Shown here: positions 26,719-35,402 of the stretch, one piece after another | How the letters are laid out: each line of letters starts with the position of its first letter | Position numbering within the stretch: position 1 is the stretch's first letter | NCBI GenBank assembly: GCA_016875215.1 | Contig: VGRX01000003.1 | Coordinates: 4,018-68,017 of the forward strand | Direction: 5' to 3' | Origin: Deltaproteobacteria bacterium | Lineage (GTDB): Bacteria; Myxococcota_A; UBA9042; CAIXZC01 | Length of the DNA stretch: 64,000 bases | Program-made: the position numbers and the translations under genes | The notes under the pieces: model-generated | The model's database searches: none | Told to the model about the DNA's origin: nothing | Seen by the model: the letters and a program-made list of their open reading frames with translations, nothing else

Positions 26719-27789
26719 TCAGCCGTCCCCGTCCACCTGCGAGCCCCGTGCCGATCGTCGTTTCAAGCGCCATGCCGTCACCCGGGGGGCCGTGATGTGC
26801 CAGGCCGCCAGGCCCAGGAGAGCGAAACCGGAGAGCCGGAACAGCAGCCCGGGGCCTTCCTGCGCGTGGTGGTGATGCAGCGTTGCGGCCTCCCAGGAGT
26901 ACCCGACCAGAACCGCCAGGGCATCGGTTCCGGCAGCTGCCAGCACGGAGCCCACCACGATGCAGGCAAGGTAGACCAGGGTTCCCCTCCGTCCCACGAG
27001 CGTCCGGCTCACTGCGATCGCCACCGTGTTGGTTGCCGGCCCCGCCAGCAGGAACGCCAGGGCGGCTCCGGGCGACAGCCCCTTGGCCAGGAGCGCGGCC
27101 GCAATCGGGATCGATCCTGTCGCACAGACATACAGCGGAACACCGATGGCCACCATGAGCAGGTACGAGAGCACGCCGCCCACTCCCAGCCGGGTGACCA
27201 GGTCGGCCGGTACGAAGGCAGCGATGGCTGCCCCGGCAGCAAGCCCGAGGAGCATCGACCCCGCAATCCCCCGGAACAGGTCGACGAACGCATACCGTAC
27301 GGCAGCGACCAGGCGGGAAGGAAGAGACGGCGGGGCAGCGGTCTCCTGCGGGGTCTCCTGCGACGTCCCCGCCTCTTCGCCGCTCTTTCCCGACAGCAGG
27401 AGGACGAGACCGGCCGCAATGGCCAGTACCACGCTGGCAACGGGCCTCACCGTGGCGAGGAATCCCCCCATCAGCGCGTAGGTCGCCAGGACCGAGTCCA
27501 CCCCCGTGACCGGAGTCGCGATGAGGAAGGACAGCACCGCGGGCGGGCTCGCTCCGCTCTTTCGCAGAGACGCTGCCACCGGCAGCACGCCGCAAGAGCA
27601 CAGAGGCAGAGGCGCTCCGAGCAGCGCCCCCTTGATCACCGCCCAGGCCGATCGTCTGCCGAGCTGCCTGAACACCCACCGCCGCGGGACGAACACGTGG
27701 AGCAGTCCGGCCACCATGAAGCCCAGGAGAAGATAGGGGGCCATCTGTTCGGTCAACAGCAGGAACTGCGAAAGGAGGTTCTCGAGCAT
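26719..27789 (-). CDS. COG0701/DUF318 permease (ArsP-like), with LCSCG motif and HHHH near C-terminus
   Basis: Nested in ORF 26719..27969; start ATG 27789 (MLENLLSQFLLLTEQ); ~8 TM segments; APLPLCSCGVLP resembles the ArsP TPFCSCS region. Confidence 0.7.
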   Translation of the reverse strand: MLENLLSQFLLLTEQMAPYLLLGFMVAGLLHVFVPRRWVFRQLGRRSAWAVIKGALLGAPLPLCSCGVLPVAASLRKSGASPPAVLSFLIATPVTGVDSVLATYALMGGFLATVRPVASVVLAIAAGLVLLLSGKSGEEAGTSQETPQETAAPPSLPSRLVAAVRYAFVDLFRGIAGSMLLGLAAGAAIAAFVPADLVTRLGVGGVLSYLLMVAIGVPLYVCATGSIPIAAALLAKGLSPGAALAFLLAGPATNTVAIAVSRTLVGRRGTLVYLACIVVGSVLAAAGTDALAVLVGYSWEAATLHHHHAQEGPGLLFRLSGFALLGLAAWHITAPRVTAWRLKRRSARGSQVDGDG

Positions 27790-27968
27790 CACGTTGCTCC
27801 ATCCTCGAACGCGGCAGCAATATAGCAACGCCGTGAGAACCGGTCCAGCGCGGGTCTGCCCGATCGGGCAGGAGTGACCGGCCTTCAGGGGATAAGAGCC
27901 GTCTTTGTAACCTCTCTTGCTTTCCAGGCTCCCATCGACTGGTGTACAACTGGCCGCAGGAGGCGACA

Positions 27969-28106
27969 ATGGCAGCGAGAGCCCAGTACGTCAGCGACCC
28001 GCAGAACGTGATCAAGGCAACCCAGGGCGCACTGCAGACTCTGCGCACGAAGCTCGAAGGCAAGCCGGGGCGAGGAGCCCGTCTGGCCATCGCAGGCTTC
28101 GGGTGA
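27969..28106 (+). CDS. Small ORF (45 aa) with strong RBS; terminates at TGA embedded in a hairpin; frame continues open for 68 more codons
   Basis: CAGGAGG-N6-ATG; MAARAQYVSDPQNVIKATQGALQTLRTKLEGKPGRGARLAIAGFG*; hairpin GAGGTGGtccCCACCTC at 28105-28121. Confidence 0.3.
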   Translation: MAARAQYVSDPQNVIKATQGALQTLRTKLEGKPGRGARLAIAGFG

Positions 28107-28322
28107 GGTGGTCCCCACCTCGAACTGGTTCTGGATGAACCGGCGCAGAATGATGTCCGTGTGGAGCTGGACGGAATCAGCTTCCTGATCGGCCCTCGGG
28201 AGCAACCCTACCTGCTGCGCTTCGGCTGCGAGGTGGAGGAGTGGAACGTTCCGAGCTGGAAAGGGAACGGCTTCTACGTGTCCCTCCGCCGACACCAGGG
28301 GTTCTGTTGAACGGAGCGTTCT

Positions 28323-29264
28323 TCAGGCGATTGCGACGGTACCGCCGCCGGCCCGCTTGGCCGCGTACATGGCTTCGTCCGCCCGTCGGACGAGCTCTTC
28401 CGGCTCCTCCGCATGAAGGGGGAAACACGCGACCCCGACGCTGAGCCGAACCGTGTCGTGGGAAGAACCCTTCCGGTTCTCCGTAGTCGAGCGGACGAAC
28501 CGCTCGGCAAGCACCTTGCCTCCATCCACGTCGGTTTCCGGGGCCAGGACCGCGAACTCATCCCCGCCGTACCGTGCCACAATGTCATACCCCCGGCACT
28601 GCGCCTTGAGATGCTGCGCAACCTGGCGGAGCACCCGGTCTCCGTGCAGGTGACCCCGGCGGGTATTGAAGTCCTTGAAATCGTCCACGTCGAGGAAGAG
28701 CAGCGAGAGGGGACGGGTGCAGCGACGGGCCCTCGTGAGCTCCCGGTCGAGGAAGCCGCCGAATGCGGAGTGGTTGAACAGCTCGGTGAGGCCGTCCATC
28801 TGGGCCATGCGAAGGTAGAAGTCCCGCTCCCGGGCCTTGCGACGCAGGTTGCGGATCTCCAGGGCCTTGCGAAGCATGACCTCGAGGTGGGCAGGGTCGG
28901 GGGACTTGGGCAGATAGTCGACAGCCCCGGCCCGAGTGGCAGCGACGATGGTCTCGGAGCTCGGGTAGCCGGTGATGATCACGACTTCGGTGTCGGGAGA
29001 GCATTCCTTGACGGCCCGGATCACTTCCAGACCGTCCACCCGGGGCATGATGAGATCGGTCAGCACGATGTCATAGGAGGTCTTCTGTGCCGCCTGGATG
29101 GCCTCCGCACCGCTGGCAGCCGTCTCCACCTCGAAGTCCAGCCGGTCGAGGATGAGCTTGAGGAACCGCCGGACCGCAGGCTCGTCGTCGACGACGAGGA
29201 TACGCGGTCGCGCGTCCGTCCCGTCGGCATCTGGGGGCGGACCAAGGGGTCGGTCGTCGGACAT
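28323..29264 (-). CDS. Response regulator with receiver domain and GGDEF diguanylate cyclase domain (PleD-like)
   Basis: RILVVDDEP...DIVLTDLIMP receiver; RYGGDEFAVL GGDEF motif. Confidence 0.95.
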   Translation of the reverse strand: MSDDRPLGPPPDADGTDARPRILVVDDEPAVRRFLKLILDRLDFEVETAASGAEAIQAAQKTSYDIVLTDLIMPRVDGLEVIRAVKECSPDTEVVIITGYPSSETIVAATRAGAVDYLPKSPDPAHLEVMLRKALEIRNLRRKARERDFYLRMAQMDGLTELFNHSAFGGFLDRELTRARRCTRPLSLLFLDVDDFKDFNTRRGHLHGDRVLRQVAQHLKAQCRGYDIVARYGGDEFAVLAPETDVDGGKVLAERFVRSTTENRKGSSHDTVRLSVGVACFPLHAEEPEELVRRADEAMYAAKRAGGGTVAIA

Positions 29265-29496
29265 GGGGAACCTCCCTGCATTGGGTCCCGACTACAGGGC
29301 GGAGCATAACCCGTGAAGGGAAAGGGCGCCAGCAGAAACCTGCTGGGGGTCTACCGGCAGGTCGCAACGGCTGGGCGGAAGAGGTCTCGGTGTGACAGGT
29401 TGTCCTGACCCCCAAGGTCCGCCTGCGTCGAGCGGCGGGAGGGCGAAATTGACGGGGTTCCGTTCTGGCCTATGATAGATCGGAGCAGGAGTGCGC

Positions 29497-32133
29497 ATGG
29501 CAAGGGCCAGGGAGAAGACGAAAGCCTCAGCCGCGAGAAAGGGAACATCGGCCGATGTCCCTTCTCCGACCGCCATCCGGGGGGAGCGGAGCTTCTTCGA
29601 GAAGATGGAGACCGGCGTCTGGGGCCTTCTCATCGTCTCGCTCGGCCTGCTCATGGAGCTGGCGCTGCTGACCTACCGTGTCGGGGACGGTGTCGGCGGG
29701 GCTCTCCCGGACAATCTCGTCGGACCGGTCGGACATTGGCTGGCGCACATTCTGTTCTCCGCAGTGGGGTACGCCGCTCACGCACTGGGGCTGAGCGCGC
29801 TCGCACTGGGCGTCCTGCTCATCGGGCAGCGCACGCTGTCGCTGCAGCGCTTCCAGGTCGTCGGGCTGTCCATCCTGCTGCTGCCCGCTGCCGTCCTGCT
29901 GCAGATCGTGCTGCCTGCCGGATCGTCCCTGCCGCGAGGAGGGGGCGGGCTCGTCGGGCAGGGGCTCGATTCTCTGCTGGAGGCCCTGCTTCACCGTACT
30001 GGGGCCATCGTCCTGGCCGTGGCCTGCATCCTTGCCGGCCTGTCGATTCTGCTGAGGATCCACGTCCGGACCTGGTTCCTGGTCCCGTGGCGCTTCGTGT
30101 GCGGTCTGTTCCGCGGCCGAAGCCTGTCCAGGCCGGACGAGACCGGCAGCGAAGACCCCACGGTCCCGATGAGGAGGAACGGCGGAGGGGCCGGGGAGGC
30201 AGACAGGCTGGAGGACGCCAATGGGCCGGGTGGCAGTGCCCGAGTGGTTCGCACCGGCTCGGGCCGGGAGGACGCGACCCGGTTGGCCGTTGCCCGGGAC
30301 CGTCCATCGGGCGATGCGGCGGAGCGGGGGGCGGCCGATCTGGAGTCCACGCGCAAGGGCCGTCCCGAACCGGCAACCGCTCCTCCCACGAAGGAGGCCA
30401 CGCGAGCCGGCCAACCTCCAGGGCCTGCCGAGAGCCCGGTGCCGGATCCGCCGACCGCCGAGTCGACCCGTGCCGCCAGGCGGGGGGCAGCGGGACCCGC
30501 CGTGGTGCGGCCCGACCCCTCCGTCGAGGTGCCCGAAGAGGACGACGAGGTCGAGGAAGGGGAGGAGCTCAAGGAGGGGCACGTTCCGGCTGCCCGCATC
30601 CACCGCCGGGAACCCGAACGTCACTACGAGCTGCCCGACATCAACCTGCTGGACCTCCATCCGCCGAGCGGCCATACCGTGGACGACGACACCCTGCGCG
30701 ATTCGGCCGGCATCCTCGAGCAGAAGCTCAAGGACTTCAAGGTGGAGGGAGCGGTCGGCGACATCCATCCCGGCCCTGTCATCGCCCTGTACGAGTTCCG
30801 TCCGGGCCGGGGAATCAAGGTCAGCACCGTCGCCAACCTGTCCAAGGACCTGGCCATGGCCCTCGCCGCGGAGCAGGTCCGCGTCATCGCACCGATTCCG
30901 GGCCGGGACGTGGTCGGCATCGAGATCCCCAACAAGGTGCGGGAGGTCGTGTATCTTCGCGACCTGCTGGCCGACCAGCGGTTCAAGGAAGGGAAGCACA
31001 AGCTCCCCCTCGTGCTCGGCAAGGACATCAGCGGCAAGCCCACCTTCACCGACCTGACCAAGATGCCCCATCTCCTGGTTGCCGGCACCACCGGGTCGGG
31101 AAAGAGCGTGGCGCTGCACGCGTTCATTCTCAGCGTCATCTACCGCCTCACCCCGAACCAGGTCAAGCTGCTCCTCGTGGACACGAAGATGCTGGAGCTG
31201 ACCGCATACGCGGAGATCCCGCACCTGCTCCTCCCCGTGGTCACCGAGGCGAGGGATGCCGCCGTGGCCCTGCGCTGGGCCGTCGGAGAGATGGAGCGGC
31301 GCAACCGGCTCATGTCGTCTGCCGGCGTCCCCAACATCTCGGAGTACAACCAGCTCGCACAGCGCATGCGGGAGTCGCCGGAACGCCGGGGCAGCATCAA
31401 CAAGATCACCCGAGGCCCCTGCGGCGAGCGGATCGAGGAGAACGTCGGCCCCCCCCGCGAGGAACCGGAGGAGATGCCCTACATCGTGGTCGTCATCGAC
31501 GAGCTGGCCGATCTCATGATGGTCGCGGGCAAGCACGTCGAGACCTCGGTCGCACGACTGGCGCAGATGGCCCGCGCCGCGGGCATCCACATGATCATCG
31601 CCACCCAGAACCCGACCATCAAGGTCGTGACCGGCATCATCAAGGCCAACATGCCGTCCCGCATCTCGTTCAAGGTCCGCACCATGCAGGACTCCCGGGT
31701 CATCCTCGACCAGAACGGGGCGGACGACCTTCTCGGCTGGGGTGACATGCTCTTCCTCGGACCGGGAAGCTCCAAGCTCCAGCGCATCCACGGGGCGTTC
31801 GTCTCGACCGAGGAGCGGATGCGGGTCGTCGACTACCTCCGATCCCAGGGGACCCCCGAGTACGACTACGCGATCATGGAGAGCGCTGCCGCCGGAGCCG
31901 ACGAAGAGCTGGGAGAGGAATCGGGAATCAGCGGCGGGAGCGGGGATGATCTCTACGAGCAGGCCGTCGCGATCGCCGTGTCTCGGGGGAAGATCTCCAC
32001 TTCCGCCCTCCAGCGGGAGCTCGGCGTCGGCTACAACAAGGCGGCTCTGCTCATGTCGCGCATGGAAAAGGACGGCCTGGTCGGGCCCCAGGAGGCCGCA
32101 GGAAAGCCGCGAGTCGTCTTGAGAAGCCGATGA
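29497..32133 (+). CDS. ftsK: DNA translocase FtsK
   Basis: N-terminal TMs, Pro/Ala-rich linker, motor domain with Walker A VAGTTGSGKS, Walker B VVVIDELADL, C-terminal gamma winged-helix (GYNKAALLMSRMEKDGLVGP); start ATG 29497 with RBS GGAGCAGGAG. Confidence 0.95.
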   Translation: MARAREKTKASAARKGTSADVPSPTAIRGERSFFEKMETGVWGLLIVSLGLLMELALLTYRVGDGVGGALPDNLVGPVGHWLAHILFSAVGYAAHALGLSALALGVLLIGQRTLSLQRFQVVGLSILLLPAAVLLQIVLPAGSSLPRGGGGLVGQGLDSLLEALLHRTGAIVLAVACILAGLSILLRIHVRTWFLVPWRFVCGLFRGRSLSRPDETGSEDPTVPMRRNGGGAGEADRLEDANGPGGSARVVRTGSGREDATRLAVARDRPSGDAAERGAADLESTRKGRPEPATAPPTKEATRAGQPPGPAESPVPDPPTAESTRAARRGAAGPAVVRPDPSVEVPEEDDEVEEGEELKEGHVPAARIHRREPERHYELPDINLLDLHPPSGHTVDDDTLRDSAGILEQKLKDFKVEGAVGDIHPGPVIALYEFRPGRGIKVSTVANLSKDLAMALAAEQVRVIAPIPGRDVVGIEIPNKVREVVYLRDLLADQRFKEGKHKLPLVLGKDISGKPTFTDLTKMPHLLVAGTTGSGKSVALHAFILSVIYRLTPNQVKLLLVDTKMLELTAYAEIPHLLLPVVTEARDAAVALRWAVGEMERRNRLMSSAGVPNISEYNQLAQRMRESPERRGSINKITRGPCGERIEENVGPPREEPEEMPYIVVVIDELADLMMVAGKHVETSVARLAQMARAAGIHMIIATQNPTIKVVTGIIKANMPSRISFKVRTMQDSRVILDQNGADDLLGWGDMLFLGPGSSKLQRIHGAFVSTEERMRVVDYLRSQGTPEYDYAIMESAAAGADEELGEESGISGGSGDDLYEQAVAIAVSRGKISTSALQRELGVGYNKAALLMSRMEKDGLVGPQEAAGKPRVVLRSR

Positions 32134-34175
32134 AACAGCTTGCCGACAGGAGCCCCGGACCCCGCCCGCAGTCGCGGATGACCACCGGGCCGCGGGCCGG
32201 CCTCGCACTCCTCCTCTCCCTGCTCCTCTCCATGCTCGTGGCCGGAACCGTCGTGGCGAAACCGAAGAAGAGCAAGGGAAAGACGGCAGCCAAGCCCGCG
32301 GCCGTCCGACCCGAGCCCCTGCCGCCGAGCGGACCGAACTTCCTGCTCGACGACTGGTTCTTCGCTCTGCGGGAAGAGACCCGAAGCCACTCCGAAGGGC
32401 GGGCCAATTCCGGTGCCGTCGGCAACTCGACGGAGCTCCCCCTCGACGGCCGCTCCTGGCGCATCATCGCCTCGGCACGGGGCCGGGGTACCAACTTCGG
32501 CGTCGACGGGATCGTCCGCCTTCTCGAACGGACGGCGGACGCCCTGGCCGAAGCTCACCCGGGAACGCTGGTCGAAGTCGGCAACATCGGATTGGCCGCC
32601 GGCGGCCGGATCATCCAGAGCAAGTCGCACCAGGCCGGTCGCGACGTCGATGTCGCCCTGTTCGCCCTGGACCGGAAGGGGCGGCCGGCACGGCTCAACC
32701 GATTCGTCGCGTTCGACGGCCGCGGCAAAGGGACGGGCGGCTTCGTGCTCGACGTCGAGCGGACCTGGGACTTCGTGGCGCTCATGCTCCAGTCCGAGGA
32801 GCCCGTCGTGCAGTGGATGTTCGTGTCCGGTCCGATCCGGGAGCTCCTCCTCGAGCATGCCCGGGCCCGCAAAGCCGATCCCGCCCTCATCCAGCGTGCG
32901 GCGGAGGCCCTCCGGCAGCCGTCCGATTCCACACCGCACAATGACCACTTCCACATCCGGATTCACTGCTCCGACTGGGACCGGCTCCACGGATGCGAGG
33001 ACTACGGGCCTGCCCGGGCCGGCGTCCGCCGGGATGCCCGGCTTCTCCAGGAACGGCTCGAGACCCTCTCCCGGAGGGTCCGGAAGGGGCTGCCGCGGGA
33101 GCGGCTTCTCGCCATGGACCAGCTTGCAAGGCTCCAGCCGGTGGAACCGACCCCCGCCCTCCTCGAGGAGCTGCTCTGTGACTCCGAACCCGGCTTCCGG
33201 GAGCGTGCGCTCCGCCTCCTTCGACGCACCGCACCCGACCGCCTTCCCGATGCAGCCATCAAGGCCCTCGGCTGCGCACCCGACGTCGCTGCCGCATGCT
33301 TTCTGTTCGACGCTGTCTCCGATCTGAGACGGCCCTCCGTCTACAAGGCGGCCGAGAATCTGGCCTCGGGCTCCTGCGGTTCCGAAGACAAGCGCTCCCT
33401 CTGCCTTCCGGCGCTGGCCGCACTCTCCCACTGCGCTGACCTGTCCAGCGCTCCGTTCCTGGCATCGTACCTCGACTCGTCGGACAAGGCGGTCCGTGAC
33501 GCGGCGTTGCGTTCGCTCCGACTCCTCGTCGCAGCAAGGCAACCCCCGGCCCGCAACGACGGCAAGCCGGAAGACGGCGAAGCGAAGAAGGGAGGCGGGA
33601 AGGCCGGAACGAAGAAGGGAGGCGGGAAGGCCGGAACGAAGAAGGGAAGCCACGGAAAGGCGAAAGCTGCCGGTGCCACCCCGGCAGACTGGAAGGCCTA
33701 CGCTGCCCGGATCAAAGGGCAGCCATGGGATTCGGTGGTGCGCAGGAATCTCGTGTCTGCCGGGTTCAAGCTCCAGAGCCCGCTGGCAGCCCCCGCCAAC
33801 GCACGGGAGCTTCTTCGTGCTCTGCGCTCCGGGGCCCCCGCCTCGACCGCGGCACAGATCGCCCTGTTCCAGGCCCTCTCCCTCCCAGCTCCGAGCTTCC
33901 TGGAGGAGGCCGAGGCCGTGCGTGTACTGTCCGCCCGAGTCAAGTCCCAGGCCGCCAAGTCCACATCCAGGGACTCCACCGGCAAGGCCCCGGCGGACAA
34001 GGCGGAAGAAGAGGCCGGAGACGGCGGCAAGGCCCCGGCGGACAAGGCGGAAGAAGAGGCCGGAGACGACGACAAGGCCGTAGCGGGCAAGGCGGAAGAA
34101 GAGGCCTCGGAGTCTGTTGATGGGCCTGGTGGGGGGCGAAAGGAGTCGCCGGCGTTGCCGCAGCTTCCTTTGTGA
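32130..34175 (+). CDS. Penicillin-insensitive murein endopeptidase (MepA, peptidase M74)-like domain fused to HEAT-repeat region
   Basis: Signal peptide; MepA motifs SHQAGRDVDV and HNDHFHIRIHC; C-terminal HEAT-like repeats and low-complexity tandem repeats (GGGKAGTKK x2; GKAPADKAEEEAGD x2-3); ATGA overlap with ftsK stop. Confidence 0.75.
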   Translation: MKQLADRSPGPRPQSRMTTGPRAGLALLLSLLLSMLVAGTVVAKPKKSKGKTAAKPAAVRPEPLPPSGPNFLLDDWFFALREETRSHSEGRANSGAVGNSTELPLDGRSWRIIASARGRGTNFGVDGIVRLLERTADALAEAHPGTLVEVGNIGLAAGGRIIQSKSHQAGRDVDVALFALDRKGRPARLNRFVAFDGRGKGTGGFVLDVERTWDFVALMLQSEEPVVQWMFVSGPIRELLLEHARARKADPALIQRAAEALRQPSDSTPHNDHFHIRIHCSDWDRLHGCEDYGPARAGVRRDARLLQERLETLSRRVRKGLPRERLLAMDQLARLQPVEPTPALLEELLCDSEPGFRERALRLLRRTAPDRLPDAAIKALGCAPDVAAACFLFDAVSDLRRPSVYKAAENLASGSCGSEDKRSLCLPALAALSHCADLSSAPFLASYLDSSDKAVRDAALRSLRLLVAARQPPARNDGKPEDGEAKKGGGKAGTKKGGGKAGTKKGSHGKAKAAGATPADWKAYAARIKGQPWDSVVRRNLVSAGFKLQSPLAAPANARELLRALRSGAPASTAAQIALFQALSLPAPSFLEEAEAVRVLSARVKSQAAKSTSRDSTGKAPADKAEEEAGDGGKAPADKAEEEAGDDDKAVAGKAEEEASESVDGPGGGRKESPALPQLPL

Positions 34176-34205
34176 TCTCGATGTCCGGGGGACAACCTCG
34201 GGAGC

Positions 34206-35021
34206 TCAGGGAATCGACGTGAACTGGACCGTGCAACCTGTGCTGCAGTCCACGGTGAACATGTCCGACTCCTCGATGGTTCCGAAGCACTGGCCCATGT
34301 AGAGCTGCGGGATGTCCGAGCTCACCTCCACGGCCCCGTCCGAGTGGACGGTCCCGGAAAGAACCTCCGGATCGGAGACGAACGTGCAGTCCGGGTTCTG
34401 GAGGATCGCCAGCTCCAGCTCCGCCTTCGTGCTGCCCCCGCAGTAGGCCTGGAGCTTCCAGTTGCCAGCGATGGACGGGCATTCTGCTCCGGCGTCTTCC
34501 GGGGTGTCGGACGCAATGTCGAGGGGAGGGGCAGTACTGTCGGTTTCCGACGCAGGGACGTCCGGTGTCATCTCGTCGGGTGCGGGTTCGTACTCCTCGG
34601 TGACATCCGGCGTGACGTCCTGCGTCAGGATGTCCGGCTCTGGCGGAAGGGCGCCGGCCGGGCACTGGGACGGGTCATAGATGACCCACGTCAGGGCCGT
34701 ATCCTGCGAAGTCGCTCCGTTGACGTCTCTCACCTCGAGAACGATGACGGTCTGTGCCAGCATGCCATCCTTCATCTCGGGCTGGGTGAACGTGTATTCG
34801 AGCACCGGCTCGCGCGTGCTGATCCACGCGTTGTTGTGGCCGATTCGGAACGAGTAGAGGGTGATCTCCCCACCTGCTTCCTCGGACGTCGTGCCGTTCA
34901 GCCAGACCGGCTTGCCGACCACGGCGCATTTGGGGGCGTCGAGGTGAGCGACCGGAGGCGGGGGCGAGTTCACCTCACAGGAGACTGCGAGCAGCGCCAA
35001 TGCTCCGAGCCAGATCTTCAC
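34206..35021 (-). CDS. Lipoprotein with Ig/PKD-like region, hypothetical
   Basis: ORF 34206..35063; preferred start GTG 35021 preceded by GGAGGA, giving MKIWLGALALLAVSC lipobox. Confidence 0.6.
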   Translation of the reverse strand: MKIWLGALALLAVSCEVNSPPPPVAHLDAPKCAVVGKPVWLNGTTSEEAGGEITLYSFRIGHNNAWISTREPVLEYTFTQPEMKDGMLAQTVIVLEVRDVNGATSQDTALTWVIYDPSQCPAGALPPEPDILTQDVTPDVTEEYEPAPDEMTPDVPASETDSTAPPLDIASDTPEDAGAECPSIAGNWKLQAYCGGSTKAELELAILQNPDCTFVSDPEVLSGTVHSDGAVEVSSDIPQLYMGQCFGTIEESDMFTVDCSTGCTVQFTSIP

Positions 35022-35146
35022 GAGGGTTCCTCCCTGCACATGGCGGGAGTATACACCCCCCACCTCCGGCGGTCAACCCGCGCCAAAACCTTCAGATCGT
35101 CCGCTCACGTCCTCCGGCGTCGAGCCGACCCAAATCCGCCATCAAC

Positions 35147-35175
35147 GGGCGATGAGCCTGCCTGTGTGGGGAATC
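35147..35175 (+). repeat. Copy B of the duplicated element (GGGCGATGAGCCTGCCTGTGTGGGGAATC), intergenic
   Basis: Matches 15172..15200; extended match ATCAACGG upstream. Confidence 0.7.
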
Positions 35176-35316
35176 CCTGACCACCAGATTGGTGCCAGAT
35201 GCAAGGCGCGACCGAGCCAGCCGAATGAGGCGTGGCTTGAGCCACGTCGCAGTGAGGCGGCGACGGAGCAACGCCGCAGGTGGCCCGAGATGGTGGATCA
35301 GGGCCGACGATCCGGG

Positions 35317-35346
35317 TTGATCTTCGAAGCCCGCGGGCCTTATGAT
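35317..35346 (+). promoter_or_regulatory. Promoter candidate TTGATC-N18-TATGAT upstream of TLC-like transporter gene
   Basis: Hexamers read ~55 nt upstream of ATG 35403. Confidence 0.3.
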
Positions 35347-35402
35347 GCGCGCCGAAGCCGGCGGGGCGCGTCGTCACCCGTCCGGTTCAGGGGGAACGTC
35401 CC

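Noticed and set aside
29527-32208. 893-aa minus-strand ORF antisense to ftsK
   Set aside because: High-GC antisense artefact; ftsK on the plus strand is unambiguous
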